Part shown: piece after piece, positions 26,946 through 41,297 of the stretch
Numbering within the stretch: position 1 is the first letter of the stretch
Layout of the letters: the number at the start of each line of letters is the position of its first letter
Assembly: GCA_002269645.1 (NCBI GenBank)
Contig: NIVC01000232.1
Location: 62,001-126,000 of the forward strand
Source of the DNA: Macrostomum lignano
Lineage: Eukaryota
Length of the DNA stretch: 64,000 nt
Reading direction: 5' to 3'
Program-made: the position numbers and the translations under genes
The notes under the pieces: generated by a model
Seen by the model: only the letters and a program-made list of their open reading frames with translations
Databases searched by the model: none
What the model was told of the DNA's origin: nothing

Positions 26946-27443
26946 CATAACACACTACAATGGCACTAAAATGGAGAGTTGAATTACCATTAATGTCTAT
27001 CTTCAAAACAATCATATCATTTATAGAAATTGCAGGACAAATCGCTGGTACATGTCACCATGGCATCAGTCTCATTCCCAGAGGGACTTTCCCAATCCAG
27101 ATTTGTCATATTAGACATCCATGGTCAATAAATTTATATGAATTGCAGCCACTGAGGGACTGACCCCCCAGTCTTCCCCTTTCGCAGAAATTTTTATAAT
27201 CTCTCTGAATTTCGTTCCACCAGACCTCAGGGACAGATCGCCTCAGCCAATGAGGCGGCAGGTTCGCTTACAGAATAAAAACTCATTAACTAGGATTATG
27301 AAGCTTTGTGCTCAGACTGGGTTACAGACGGTTTCTTGGAACTGAATTAGCGAGTTGAAGAAATGATTTGACATTTATGCACCAATTTATCGCTTCAGGA
27401 GATTTCAATTTGGCTCTGAAAGAGGTAAAAGGTAAGCAAAGCC

Positions 27444-29057
27444 ATTGGCGCCATCTGGTTCTGATATTGGCGCCATCTGATTCTGATATTGGCGCCATCT
27501 GGTTCTGATATTGGCGCCATTTGATTCTGATATTGGCGCCATCTGGTTCTGATATTGGCGCCATTTGATTCTGATATTGGCGCCATCTGGTTCTGATATT
27601 GGCGCCATTTGATTCTGATATTGGCGCCATCTGGTTCTGATATTGGCGCCATCTGGTTCTGATATTGGCGTCATTTGGTTCTGATATTGGCGCCATTTGA
27701 TTCTGATATTGGCACCATCTGATTCTGATATTGGCGCCATCTGATTCTGATATTGGCGCCATTTGATTCTGATATTGGCGTCATTTGGTTCTGATATTGG
27801 CGCCATTTGGTTCTGATATTGGTGCCATCTGGTTCTGATATTGGCGTCATTTGGTTCTGATATTGGCACCATCTGATTCTGATATTAGTTGGCGCCTTCT
27901 GATATTGGCGCCATTTGATTCTGATATTGGCGCCATCTGGTTCTGATATTGGCGCCATTTGATTCTGATATTGGCGCCATCTGGTTCTGATATTGGCGCC
28001 ATCTGGTTCTGATATTGGCGTCATTTGGTTCTGATATTGGCGCCATTTGATTCTGATATTGGCACCATCTGATTCTGATATTGGCGCCATCTGATTCTGA
28101 TATTGGCGCCATCTGATTCTGATATTGGCGCCATCTGATTCTGATATTGGCGCCATTTGGTTCTGATATTGGCACCATCTGATTCTGATATTGGCGCCAT
28201 TTGGTTCTGATATTGGCGCCATCTAATTCTGATATTGGCGCCATTTGGTTCTGATATTGGCACCATCTGATTCTGATATTGGCGCCATCTGATTCTGATA
28301 TTGGCGCCATTTGATTCTGATATTGGCGCCATTTGATTCTGATATTGGCGCCATTTGATTCTGATATTGGCGCCATCTGATTCTGATATTGGCGCCATTT
28401 GATTCTGATATTGGCGCCATTTGGTTCTGATATTGGCACCATCTGATTCTGATATTGGCGCCATCTGGTTCTGATATTGGCGCCATTTGATTCTGATATT
28501 GGCGCCATTTGATTCTGATATTGGTGCCATTTGATTCTGATATTGGCGCCATCTGGTTCTGATATTGGCGCCATTTGATTCTGATATTGGCGCCATCTGA
28601 TTCTGATATTGGCGCCATTTGGTTCTGATATTGGCGCCATTTGGTTCTGATATTGGCGCCATCTGATTCTGATATTAGTTGGCGCCTTCTGATATTGGCG
28701 CCATTTGATTCTGATATTGGCGCCATCTGGTTCTGATATTGGCGCCATTTGATTCTGATATTGGCGCCATTTGGTTCTGATATTGGCGCCATCTGGTTCT
28801 GATATTGGCGTCATTTGGTTCTGATATTGGCGCCATTTGATTCTGATATTGGCGCCATCTGGTTCTGATATTGGCGTCATTTGGTTCTGATATTGGCGCC
28901 ATTTGGTTCTGATATTGGTGCCATCTGGTTCTGATATTGGCGCCATTTGGTTCTGATATTGGCGCCAACTGGTTCTGATATTGGCGCCATCTGGTTCTGA
29001 TATTGGCGCCATCTGATTCTGATATTGGCGCCATCTGATTCTGATATTGGCGCCATT
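27444..29057. repeat. 22-bp minisatellite TTGGCGCCATCTGGTTCTGATA
   Basis: About 70 copies. A defective unit (GATATTAGTTGGCGCCTTCT) recurs at 27881 and 28671. Confidence 0.96.
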
Positions 29058-29139
29058 GATTCTCAATGTCTTGAATCCCATCTCGGTGCCTTAAATTTCA
29101 TCCCAATGTGTCAAATCTATTATAAGTACTCACAATTCA

Positions 29140-29800
29140 ATCCCAGTGCCTCAAATCCAATCTCAGTGCCTCAAATCCCATCTCATTGCCTCAAAATCCC
29201 ATCTCAGTGCCTCAAATCCCATCTCAGTGCCTTAAATCCCATCTCAGTGCCTCAAATCCCATCTCAGTGCCTCAAATCCCATCTCAGTGCCTTAAATCCC
29301 ATCTCAGTGCCGCAAATCCCATCCCAGTGCCGCAAATCTCATCTCAGTGCCTCGAATCCAATCTCAGTGCCTCAAATCCCATCTCAGTGCCTCAAATCCC
29401 ATCTCAGTGCCTCAAATCCCATCTCAGTGCCTCAAATCCCATCTCAGTGCCTCAAATCCCATCTCAGTGCCGCAAATCCCATCCCAGTGCCGCAAATCTC
29501 ATCTCAGTGCCTCGAATCCAATCTCAGTGCCTCAAATCCCATCTCAGTGCCTCAAATCCCATCTCAGTGCCTCAAATCCAATCTCAGTGCCTCAAATCCC
29601 ACCTCAGTGCCTCAAATCCCATCCCAGTGCCTCAAATCCCATCTCAGTGCCTCAAATCCCATCTCAGTGCCGCAAATCCCATCTCAGTGCCTCAAATCCC
29701 ATCCCAGTGCCTCAAAATCTCGTCTCAGTGCCTCAAATCCCATCTCAGTGCCTCAAATCCCATCTCAGTGCCTCAAATCCCATCTCAGTGCCTCAAGTCC
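29140..29800. repeat. 20-bp minisatellite TCTCAGTGCCTCAAATCCCA
   Basis: About 32 tandem copies immediately after the 22-bp array. Confidence 0.95.
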
Positions 29801-30299
29801 CATTTCATCGCATCAAAATCTCATCCTCGGCGTACAAGATAACAATTCAGCTTCTCAATTATGTACTCTTCGTTTTTGTCTTAGAAAAAAATTCCTCTAT
29901 TTCCCTATCACAAGCTGGCAAAAGTGATTAGATCAGATTAATCGATAATTTTATAATAATCCCATTCAATTATCTTATACCTGTAGTTCATCCATAGTTT
30001 AGTATTAGTTTAATTGAGCACCGAGCTTTAACAAAAGAAAATTTGTTGTCGAGATAGAGTTTGGGGTTGTAAGCGACTTTAAAAAAGAGCTCCCCAGGAA
30101 TCGAAGCAACCTGAGAATTTGGTCATCCTGAGGGAGTGCATGCTATTCCGTTGAAGAAGTGAAGATGCGCATTAGCTTAGCTTTGCTCATATTACACAGC
30201 TGTAGTGTATGTGAAAATCCTGCTTTTATTTCAATAATTAATGAGTCTGAATATCAGACAGATTCTGAAAGACAGATTCTGCTCTCAAAACGATTAGCA

Positions 30300-32428
30300 A
30301 TGAGAATCTCACCCTAGACTGCTCCAATCTATGAGAATCTCACCCTAGACTGCTACAATCTATGAGAATCTCACCCTAGACTGCTACAATCTATGAAAAT
30401 CTCACCCTAGACTGCTACAATCTATGAGAATCTCATACTAGACTGCTCCAATCTATGAGAATCTCATACTAGACTGCTACAATCTATGAGAATCTCACCC
30501 TAGAATGCTACAATCTATGAGAATCTCACCCTAGACTGCTACAATCTATGAGAATCTCATACTAGACTGCTCCAATCTATGAGAATCTCATACTAGACTG
30601 CTACAATCTATGAGAATCTCATACTAGACTGCTACAATCTATGAGAATCTCATACTAGACTGCTACAATCTATGAGAATCTCATACTAGACTGCTACAAT
30701 CTATGAGAATCTCATACTAGACTGCTACAATCTATGAGAATCTCACCCTAGACTGCTACAATCTATGAGAATCTCACCCTAGACTGCTACAATCTATGAG
30801 AATCTCACCCTAGAATGCTACAATCTATGAGAATCTCATACTAGACTGCTCCAATCTATGAGAATCTCATACTAGACTGCTCCAATCTATGAGAATCTCA
30901 TACTAGACTGCTACAATCTTTGAGAATCTCACCCTAGACTGCTACAATCTTTGAGAATCTCATACTAGACTGCTCCAATCTATGAGAATCTCATACTAGA
31001 CTGCTCCAATCTATGAGAATCTCACCCTAGACTGCTACAATCTATGAGAATCTCATACTAGACTGCTACAATCTATGAGAATCTCATACTAGACTGCTCC
31101 AATCTTTGAGAATCTCATACTAGACTGCTCCAATCTATGAGAATCTCATACTAGACTGCTACAATCTTTGAGAATCTCATACTAGACTGCTCCAATCTAT
31201 GAGAATCTCATACTAGACTGCTACAATCTTTGAGAATCTCATACTAGACTGCTACAATCTATGAGAATCTCATACTAGACTGCTCCAATCTATGAGAATC
31301 TCATACTAGACTGCTACAATCTATGAGAATCTCATACTAGACTGCTCCAATCTTTGAGAATCTCATACTAGACTGCTACAATCTTTGAGAATCTCATACT
31401 AGACTGCTCCAATCTTTGAGAATCTCATACTAGACTGCTACAATCTATGAGAATCTCACCCTAGACTGCTCCAATCTTTGAGAATCTCATACTAGACTGC
31501 TACAATCTTTGAGAATCTCATACTAGACTGCTCCAATCTTTGAGAATCTCATACTAGACTGCTCCAATCTTTGAGAATCTCATACTAGACTGCTACAATC
31601 TTTGAGAATCTCATACTAGACTGCTCCAATCTTTGAGAATCTCATACTAGACTGCTACAATCTATGAGAATCTCATACTAGACTGCTCCAATCTATGAGA
31701 ATCTCATACTAGACTGCTACAATCTATGAGAATCTCATACTAGACTGCTACAATCTATGAGAATCTCATACTAGACTGCTACAATCTATGAGAATCTCAC
31801 CCTAGACTGCTACAATCTATGAGAATCTCATACTAGACTGCTACAATCTATGAGAATCTCACCCTAGACTGCTACAATCTATGAGAATCTCATACTAGAC
31901 TGCTACAATCTTTGAGAATCTCATACTAGACTGCTACAATCTTTGAGAATCTCATACTAGACTGCTACAATCTATGAGAATCTCATACTAGACTGCTACA
32001 ATCTATGAGAATCTCACCCTAGACTGCTCCAATCTTTGAGAATCTCATACTAGACTGCTACAATCTTTGAGAATCTCATACTAGACTGCTCCAATCTTTG
32101 AGAATCTCATACTAGACTGCTCCAATCTATGAGAATCTCATACTAGACTGCTACAATCTATGAGAATCTCACCCTAGACTGCTCCAATCTTTGAGAATCT
32201 CATACTAGACTGCTACAATCTTTGAGAATCTCATACTAGACTGCTCCAATCTTTGAGAATCTCATACTAGACTGCTCCAATCTTTGAGAATCTCATACTA
32301 GACTGCTACAATCTTTGAGAATCTCATACTAGACTGCTCCAATCTTTGAGAATCTCACCCTAGACTGCTCCAATCTTTGAGAATCTCATACTAGACTGCT
32401 ACAATCTATGAGAATCTCACCCTAGAAT
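30300..32428. repeat. 31-bp minisatellite ATGAGAATCTCATACTAGACTGCTACAATCT with an internal palindrome
   Basis: About 68 copies with no unique spacers. ATGAGA-A-TCTCAT inverted repeat in most units. Confidence 0.96.
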
Positions 32429-32839
32429 GCCACTTTATCGGTCCAAACGGTCAAAACCGACCCATCACATCATTCAGTCCCTAGACTCCTTACGAACTTC
32501 CATACTTTATCACCTATCACCTAGCAATGACTCCACCTTTCCTTTTCTTCCCATTTCTTCCCCTATTTCTCTGTTCATCCTCTGAACCCAATCTTGGCTT
32601 GGCCCATCATTACAAAAAACCGCAATGAACTCCCCCTAGGCGGGATCAGAATTGATTTCTTATACATATAATAGAGTAGCACAGGGCTGCATGACAACTA
32701 AACGAGATCAGTCGTGAGTCACGAGAGTTGAGAGCTGAGGTACATCTCTCTGCTTAGTGATTAATATCGATATATCGATAGTTCTCGATTCAAATTAAAG
32801 CACAGATACACACACTCACACACACACATCTCCCTGCAG

Positions 32840-34864
32840 TAACCCAAGTGCAGGAGGACTTCCGAACTGTCATGTCAGAATTTATGTCATGTCAAGTTAA
32901 AACAACTTCGAGTGACATTGGCGTGGTCGAACCCAACGAACCGTTGACAGCAGGCTCCGGAAGTTCTGGCAAAGGCCTTCGTGATTTTTCTAGCAATAAC
33001 TTACAGGTGAGCAATTATGCGTATTCTTTTTTGGGTAAAAATAATAAGTCAAAGTTAGATTTTACCAAGAAGATGAAAGCGAAACCATCAAGATGAAAAT
33101 GGCGCCATCAAGATGAAAATGGCACCATCAAGATGAAAATGGCGCCATCAAGATGAAAATGGCACCATCAAGATGAAAATGGCACCATCAAGATGAAAAT
33201 GGCACCATCAAGATGAAAATGGCACCATCAAGATGAAAATGGCACCACCAAGATTAAAATGGCACCACCAAGATAAAAATGGCTCTGATAATGGTTCTGA
33301 TATTGGCGCCAACTGGTTCTGATATTGGCGCCATCTGGTTCTGATATTGGCGCCATTTGGTTCTGATATTGGCGCCAACTGGTTCTGATATTGGCGCCAT
33401 TTGGTTCTGATATTGGCGCCAACTGGTTCTGATATTGGCGCCATCTGGTTCTGATATTTGCGCCATCTGGTTCTGATATTGGCGCCAACTGGTTCTGATA
33501 TTGGCGCCATCTGGTTCTGATATTGGCGCCATCTGGTTCTGATATTGGCGCCATCTGGTTCTGATATTGGCGCCATCTGGTTCTGATATTGGCGCCATCT
33601 GATTCTGATATTGGCGCCATCAAGATAAAAATGGCACCATCAAGATAAAAATGGCACCATCAAGATAAAAATGGCACCATCAAGATAAAAATGGCACCAT
33701 CAAGATAAAAATGGCACCATCAAGATAAAAATGGCACCATCAAGATAAAAATGGCACCATCAAGATAAAAATGGCACCATCAAGATAAAAATGGCACCAT
33801 CAAGATAAAAATGGCACCATCAAGATAAAAATGGCACCATCAAGATAAAAATGGCACCATCAAGATAAAAATGGCACTATCAAGATAAAAATGGCACCAT
33901 CAAGATAAAAATGGCACCATCAAGATAAAAATGGCACCATCAAGATAAAAATGGCACCATCAAGATAAAAATGGCACCATCAAGATAAAAATGGCACTAT
34001 CAAGATAAAAATGGCACCATCAAGATAAAAATGGCACCATCAAGATAAAAATGGCACTACCAAGATAAAAATGGCGCCATCAAGATAAAAATGGCACCAT
34101 CAAGATAAAAATGGCACCATCAAGATAAAAATGGCACCATCAAGATAAAAATGGCACCATTAAGATAAAAATGGCACCATCAAGATAAAAATGGCACCAT
34201 CAAGATAAAAATGGCACCATCAAGATAAAAATGGCACCATCAAGATAAAAATGGCACCATCAAGATAAAAATGGCACCATCAAGATAAAAATGGCACCAT
34301 TAAGATGAAAATGGCACTATCAAATTTAAAGTGCCTTTTTCTTAGAAATGGCTCCCCAAATTAAAAGTACATCGAAACTGTCTCACCTGAACTTTCACCT
34401 AACTGACAAGCTCATCAGCTACTGTAGTGACTCAAGTGAGGCATCTCATTGTAACAAAGCCGTCTTCCTCTCGAACTAATTGCCTCAGTTAGTTGCTATG
34501 GCGTCAGTCATTCGAATAGTTGAGGTAGAGAATCCAATCAAACTCGAGAGATTTTCGGCTATTATTACAATATATAGAACGTTCCATCCTTTCGTCTAAT
34601 TTCCAGGAAACACATCACTACACAACTAGTTCACAATCTTCTGTTGACAGCAACGCTCTAATAACTACAGTGCCTGTAATTTCTACTGTGCAATCCTGGA
34701 TACGACCGCCTCTGCAACCTCTGCTATTTGTCAATAGTCATCAGAGCGGAGACACCGACAGTCAGCTATCTGCAGTTGCCAAGGACTTGCAGCAGGAAAC
34801 CGAGGAGCTTCCGGCAGGTGAAATGCTACTGAGAGGCCTCGACGACCTCAGCAGTGCTGAAGGG
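32840..34864 (+). CDS. Two candidate internal exons (32840-33006 and 34607-34864) of an unidentified low-complexity protein
   Basis: TCCCTGCAG..CAG|GTGAGC and TTTCCAG..GGG|GTAAGC splice sites. Both frames are open and join in phase 0. No recognisable domain. Confidence 0.45.
33085..34320. repeat. 20-bp minisatellite AAAATGGCACCATCAAGAT(A/G) with a nested block (about 33290-33620) of the 22-bp unit
   Basis: Unit switches are visible at about 33290 and 33620. Confidence 0.95.
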
Positions 34865-34910
34865 GTAAGCAAGATTATCGATTTCTTAAGTAGCTTTAAG
34901 TATGAACTTC

Positions 34911-35297
34911 ACTGAATCTTCAGTCCCTGAGTCTGCCTCTTCACTGATTCTTCAGTCCCTGAGTCTGCCTCTTCACTGATCCTTCAGTCCCTGAGTCTGC
35001 CTCTTCACTGATTCTTCAGTCCCTGAGTCTGCCTCTTCACTGATTCTTCAGTCCCTGAGTCTGCCTCTTCACTGATCCTTCAGCCCTTGAGTCTGCCTCT
35101 TCACTGAATCTTCAGTCCTTGAGTCTGCCTCTTCACTGGTCCTTCAGTCCCTGAGTCTGCCTCTTCACTGATCCTTCAGTCCCTGAGTCTGCCTCTTCAC
35201 TGAATCTTCAGTCCCTGAGTCTGCCTCTTCACTGGTCCTTCAGTCCCTGAGTCTGCCTCTTCACTGAATCTTCAGTCCTTGAGTCTGCCTCTTCACT
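34911..35297. repeat. 32-bp minisatellite CTGAATCTTCAGTCCCTGAGTCTGCCTCTTCA, about 12 copies
   Basis: Directly visible tandem copies. Confidence 0.94.
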
Positions 35298-35930
35298 CCA
35301 TCTAACGCTTCTCAACTTAGTGTAAGCAATTCCACAAATCCATATACTAAAACTGGTCTGTCGGTAGAAATCTATCTAGGCCAATTTCAGCCAATTAGCT
35401 AAAGTAAAAAGTTATAGAAATTTTGACCCAAATCCAATCCTACTTATTTGCTAGTGTAGGCAGTTTGGGCCTATGCTGATTAACTAACCCAAGGCCAAGT
35501 GCCCACAGTTAGTATATGTGAGCCACAATTCTTAGCGATCATTGGGAGTGCAGGGGAATAACTCTTGGCTGATTTGCATAAGCAACGAAAATTAAAGAGT
35601 TTTAAGTAAGCTGATGAACTATTGGGCTTTGGTAACTTGAAATAAAGCCTCTGCCTGATCATGATGGCCGCTCATCAGCACACCTGTCTGTCAGGGGGGC
35701 CTCTTTCCTATCTGTTTGACTTTCCTGTGTGCCGGAGCATCACTCATCACTCTTCACTCTACGAATCTTTAAACCTGAAATGGAATAAATGTGAAAGTTT
35801 GAATAGCCGCTACTAAAAGTAGTTTTATAGGTTAAACTATTGCGCAAGAGTATAATTAACAAAAATAATTCAACTAAGATAAATTTTGCTTTCTGGTGGA
35901 TATACAGATAGTTAGATAGATAGATTATAA

Positions 35931-36365
<435 letters not shown>

Positions 36366-37353
36366 GCCGCGCCGAGTTATCAGCCAGTGCCACTCAGGGG
36401 CAAATCCAAGATCAGTCACAGGCTGGCTCCAAATAAATTATGCAGTCATAATGCGGGGCCCCAGACTCCTTAAAAATGTCACGAAGCCACTTCGCCTAAG
36501 TTAATCTCCTGGAGGGGGCAACTTCTGGCTGCAGGTTTGGGGGCGCCTTCTCCTCATTAATTATTAATTAGATTTATGCGTTTCACGCTAAGCTGAGCTC
36601 AAAACATGGATACCGTGAAGTGAAGGATAAATAGAACTCCAGGTATGTCTCCGGGATGCGACTTGGCGCACTGAAACCAGCTTTTTCTGCCAGTCAACAC
36701 TTTTTTGCATTTCTGTGCAGCAAATTCGCATCGAACATGGCTTTGATCGCTGAGGTAAGCTTTCCCAGTTTCTGTCTTGTGCAGCATTCGATATGGCTGC
36801 TGAATCATCCTGAACATCTTCCCAGGATGCGTCATCATTCTGTGTACGTAGGAAAACGTTTTCGGGAATTTGTGCAGATAGAAAATTGACGGTTGATGCT
36901 TATTCAGCGCTGCGTTCACTCCTGGCCTGGTGATGCAGGGCGATGGGTGGCATTGCGATGGAGTCTGTAGTACAGTCACCCGGTGCCATGGTAACAACCC
37001 CCAACCCAGATAATTTGCTTGAATATCAGACTGATTAACCCTTTCACAATACCGATTTCTACCTCGTATATGGTCAGGTTCATTTTTTGTTTTAATAAAC
37101 TGCCGATTTTGAAAAAAAACTGACTCGACTAAATTTTTAAGTGACCTATGTAGGGCACTCTCTCTAGAGACTCAAGTAAGAAGTGAACTCAAGCTTACTC
37201 TATGGACTAAATTATAACGACCTGCTATAAATATTACATTTTAGAGATTGAGCACTATTTGTGAACCATAAGCTCCTACTGTCTGGATACCTTACGGAAC
37301 TCTTTTAGAGGCATTGAGCACTCAGTATCTGGAGATCCAACTATCAAGTGACC

Positions 37354-37708
37354 CTGACTGACTGACTGACTGACTGACTGACTGACTGACTGACTGACTG
37401 ACTGACTGACTGACTGACTGACTGACTGACATGAGTGAGTGGGTGGCTGACTGACTGACTGACTGACTGACTGACTGACTGACTGACTGACATGAGTGAG
37501 TGGGTGGCTGACTGACTGACTGACTGACTGACTGACTGACTGACTGACTGACTGACTGACTGACTGACTGACTGACTGATTGACTGACTGACTGACTGAC
37601 TGACTGACTGACTGACTGACTGACTGACTGACTGACTGACTGACTGACTGACTGACTGACTGACTGACTGACTGACTGACTGACTGACTGACTGACTGAC
37701 TGACTGAT
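37354..37708. repeat. (TGAC)n microsatellite
   Basis: Near-perfect run with two copies of a CATGAGTGAGTGGGTGG interruption. Confidence 0.97.
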
Positions 37709-38569
37709 TAGAATCATTGCCAATATTAGCTTAACTACCCCACCATAAATAAATGCATAAATTTATTAATCTTGCGCAGTTATAAATATTGCGCATATTG
37801 ACTTACATAAATACTTTTGTAAGTGTATTGTAAATATTGTACACTTTATGCCCTATAACATTTACTGAAGTGTCAATTTCCTATAAGCAGACTGAATTAG
37901 TTCTACAAAAACTGGTGCCTCAGTTATGCGAACAGTTTGGTTCCGAGTTGAAATTCGATATTAGATTCGACTGTTCGACTTTTTGACTGTGTTTCTGGGC
38001 AGTTTCCGCTCGCTCAAACTTGGAGGTCTCTCGATCTCGTAATGTCAAAGTTCCATCGAGTTTCCAACTCGAATTTCACCCAACTAGCCCCATCGGAACC
38101 CCCCCCCCAACGAAAAAAGTCAACCGATGAGAAATGATGGCGGAATACAACAATTATAAAATGGGTTGTTCGATCAGCACTCTGCCGTGACGTTGGGTGC
38201 TTACTGACGATAGCTGGACACTTCCGGAGCTAATTTCACCATTAACTATCTGAAACCGTTTAGCCAATCTTCCCTTCAATTTTTGGAATAATAAAACTCT
38301 GAAAAAGAGACGAAGTCCGCAAAAAAGGGAAAAAGTTGTCCCACTTTTTGAGCGCGAGTTGCCTCTAAAGAGCTACGGGGAATGTTAGAGGGAACAGATT
38401 TCGTTAACAACCTCGCAACGAAAAAATCCCACATGAAGTTTTAGGCCAATAAAATGCGTGTACAACTTCTTACTAAAAAACCTTTCTGGGAACCTCTTGT
38501 TAGCGGACTAAATTGAGCACAAATTTATAGGGAAGAATACCAGGGAGTTATTTAGTTAAGAATCTGTTT

Positions 38570-39420
38570 AGCGCCACATTTTATAGTTTAGAATCTGTTT
38601 AGCGCCACGTTTTAGAGTTTAGAATCTGTTTAGCGCCACATTTTATAGTTTATAATCTGTTTAGCGCCACTTTTTAGAGTTTAGAATCTGTTTAGCGCCA
38701 CATTTTATAGTTTAGAATCTGTTTAGCGCCACGTTTTAGAGTTTAGAATCTGTTTAGCGCCACTTTTTAGAGTTTAGAATCTGTTTAGCGCCACATTTTA
38801 TAGTTTAGAATCTGTTTAGCGCCACTTTTTAGAGTTTAGAATCTGTTTAGCGCCACATTTTATAGTTTATAATCTGTTTAGCGCCACTTTTTAGAGTTTA
38901 GAATCTGTTTAGCGCCACATTTTATAGTTTATAATCTGTTTAGCGCCACTTTTTAGAGTTTAGAATCTGTTTAGCGCCACATTTTATAGTTTATAATCTG
39001 TTTAGCGCCACTTTTTAGAGTTTAGAATCTGTTTAGCGCCACATTTTATAGTTTATAATCTGTTTAGCGCCACTTTTTAGAGTTTAGAATCTGTTTAGCG
39101 CCACATTTTATAGTTTATAATCTGTTTAGCGCCACTTTTTAGAGTTTAGAATCTGTTTAGCGCCACATTTTATAGTTTAGAATCTGTTTAGCGCCACGTT
39201 TTATAGTTTAGAATCTGTTTAGCGCCACGTTTTATAGTTTATAATCTGTTTAGCGCCACTTTTTAGAGTTTAGAATCTGTTTAGCGCCACATTTTATAGT
39301 TTAGAATCTGTTTAGCGCCACGTTTTATAGTTTAGAATCTGTTTAGCGCCACGTTTTATAGTTTAGAATCTTTTTGGTGCCACTTTTAGAGTTCAGAATC
39401 TGTTTGGCGCCACTTTTTAG
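38570..39420. repeat. 31-bp minisatellite TTTAGAATCTGTTTAGCGCCACATTTTATAG, partly organised as a 62-bp dimer
   Basis: About 27 copies; alternating ACATTTTATAG and ACTTTTTAGAG variants. Confidence 0.95.
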
Positions 39421-39789
39421 AGTTTGCATTAACATTTATATACCAATTTTTCGCGGTGCCAAAACTTCACTAACCACTGTTCGCTCGATGATTTCCCTTT
39501 AACTTCGACAGTCCATTTTGACCAGACGAAAATGCATAAATTTCCTAACAAAGAAGAACTGCATTGTATATGTCTCTATGCAAATGCTGCTGGGTGTTTA
39601 TATCAAGTTTCCACTTTTGTTTACGCCAGTTAAAGCCCCACTTCCACCAAGCTGTTCCAAGCAGATCATTCAAGATTTGACTTCACGTAAAACTTGGATT
39701 TTGTGGTACCTCTTTGTGTGCTTGTGAAGTCAATATGAACATAACGCTCAATGCTAAATGAATTCGTAATTGTTGAGGAGACTATTTAA

Positions 39790-40170
39790 ACATATTAAGG
39801 CGCTAATTCTCAAACATATTGAGGCGCCAATTCTCTAAAAGATTGAGGCGCCAATTCTCTAAAAGATTGAGGCGCCAATTCTCTAAAAGATTGAGGCGCC
39901 AATTCTCTAAAAGATTGAGGCTCCAATTTTCAGATATATTGAGGCGCCAATTTTGAAAGATATTGAGGCGCCAATTTCCAGATGTATTGAGGCGCCAATT
40001 TTCAGATATATTGAGGCTCCAATTTTCAGATATATTGAGGCGCCAATTTTCAGAAGTATTGAGGCGCCAATTTCCAGAAGTATTGAGGCGCCAATTTCCA
40101 GAGATATTGAGGCGCAGATTTCCAGATGTATTGAGGCGCCAATTTTCAGAAGTATTGAGGCGCCAATTTC
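39790..40170. repeat. 24-bp minisatellite TTGAGGCGCCAATTTTCAGATATA
   Basis: About 15 tandem copies. Confidence 0.93.
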
Positions 40171-40626
40171 CAAATAAATGAAGGTTCGCTATGGTTTGAA
40201 AAATCTGCCAGTCTTAGTAACGGTCGCGTGCAGTCAAGCAACGGCATTTAGCGAGTGCACTAGCAGTGTATATATGCAACAGGCGCACAATTTCTAGCAA
40301 CTAAAGCAAAATGCACAACAGACCAAAGCTTGTGCTTTCGCGCCTCGCTAAGCAACGAATGCCTCTAAGAGGCAGGCGTGTTGCTATGCTTTGCCATGCT
40401 AATGTGAAATACAGACCAGCACCTACAGTCGTTAGTTGCTCTTTCCTACCCTATAACTGCTTTCTCTATTTTTTTCTCTTTATATTTCGATTTCTACCAC
40501 AAGAAGCAAGGGCCAGTTTCTGGAGTGGGTGATCAGGGACATCGGTGTTCAGTCGCCGACCGACTTGACCCAGCAATTGACCAAGACTTTTGTTGTAGAT
40601 TTCATGAAAAAAACACATTGAAACTT

Positions 40627-40890
40627 GAAGGTCGGGAGTTCGATTCCCTAGCTCACTGGAACAATTTGTGTCCTTGAACACTTGACAATTAACTCTGCAT
40701 TGCTTCAGTTCACCCAGCTGTAAAATGGGTGCCAGCATTAGCTGGGGTAATTGAGGCTGTGTGTGGCGACCCCCAGTCCTTGGACTGAACAGCCGTACGC
40801 AGCCTTCAGATGCGCCGCGCAATAGCTGCGGCTGAGCTGTCGGTTGCACATCTGGCCCGAATTGGAGAAGGTGTAAATCAATAATCAATA
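40627..40890 (+). mobile_element. 5-prime-truncated tRNA-derived CORE-type SINE
   Basis: B-box GAGTTCGATTCCC (40636-40648), then TGTGTCCTTG..TTAAC..TGCTTCAGTT..CTGTAAAATGGG (40667-40729), which aligns by eye to the MIR CORE domain. Short TCAATAA tail. No A-box seen. Confidence 0.7.
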
Positions 40891-41266
40891 GAGTTCTTGA
40901 ACAAATGCATAATCCACAACCGTCTGACTAACTATTATCAACAATCGGTTTCCAAACCAGATACCCTAAAATTCCAAGATATGTTTAGAGCTCCCTGACG
41001 TTTCAGTTTACAGTTCGTGTATAAACAAGTCGATAAATTCAGCTCGGTATAGCCGCGGTCCTTCTAGTGTTGCTGATGAACAGGGACTGTGTATGAGGGG
41101 GGATGCTGTGCCAACCAATGGGGGTGAACGCAGCAGGATTTCGGGGGTTTATAGCGTTCAACGTTCAACTCTTTGGAACCCCAGGAACCCTGGCCGTTCA
41201 GCCCGGCAGCCACCCCCAAACCTCGAGCTGCGTATCCAGCGTTATAATATTAGACAGACATTGCTT

Positions 41267-41297
<31 letters not shown>

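Noticed and set aside
30300-32428. CRISPR-like array (31-bp palindromic repeats)
   Set aside because: The units are directly adjacent with no unique spacers, there are no cas genes, and the context is eukaryotic.
34375-34445. Hammerhead-ribozyme-like CTGATGAG..GAAA on the minus strand
   Set aside because: Stem II is weak, and stems I and III cannot be paired around an NUH cleavage site. A similar CTGATGA..GAAA at about 35611 also fails.
36599-36997. Minus-strand open frames with possible splice sites
   Set aside because: Two frames are equally open, with no homology cue and no partner exons identified.
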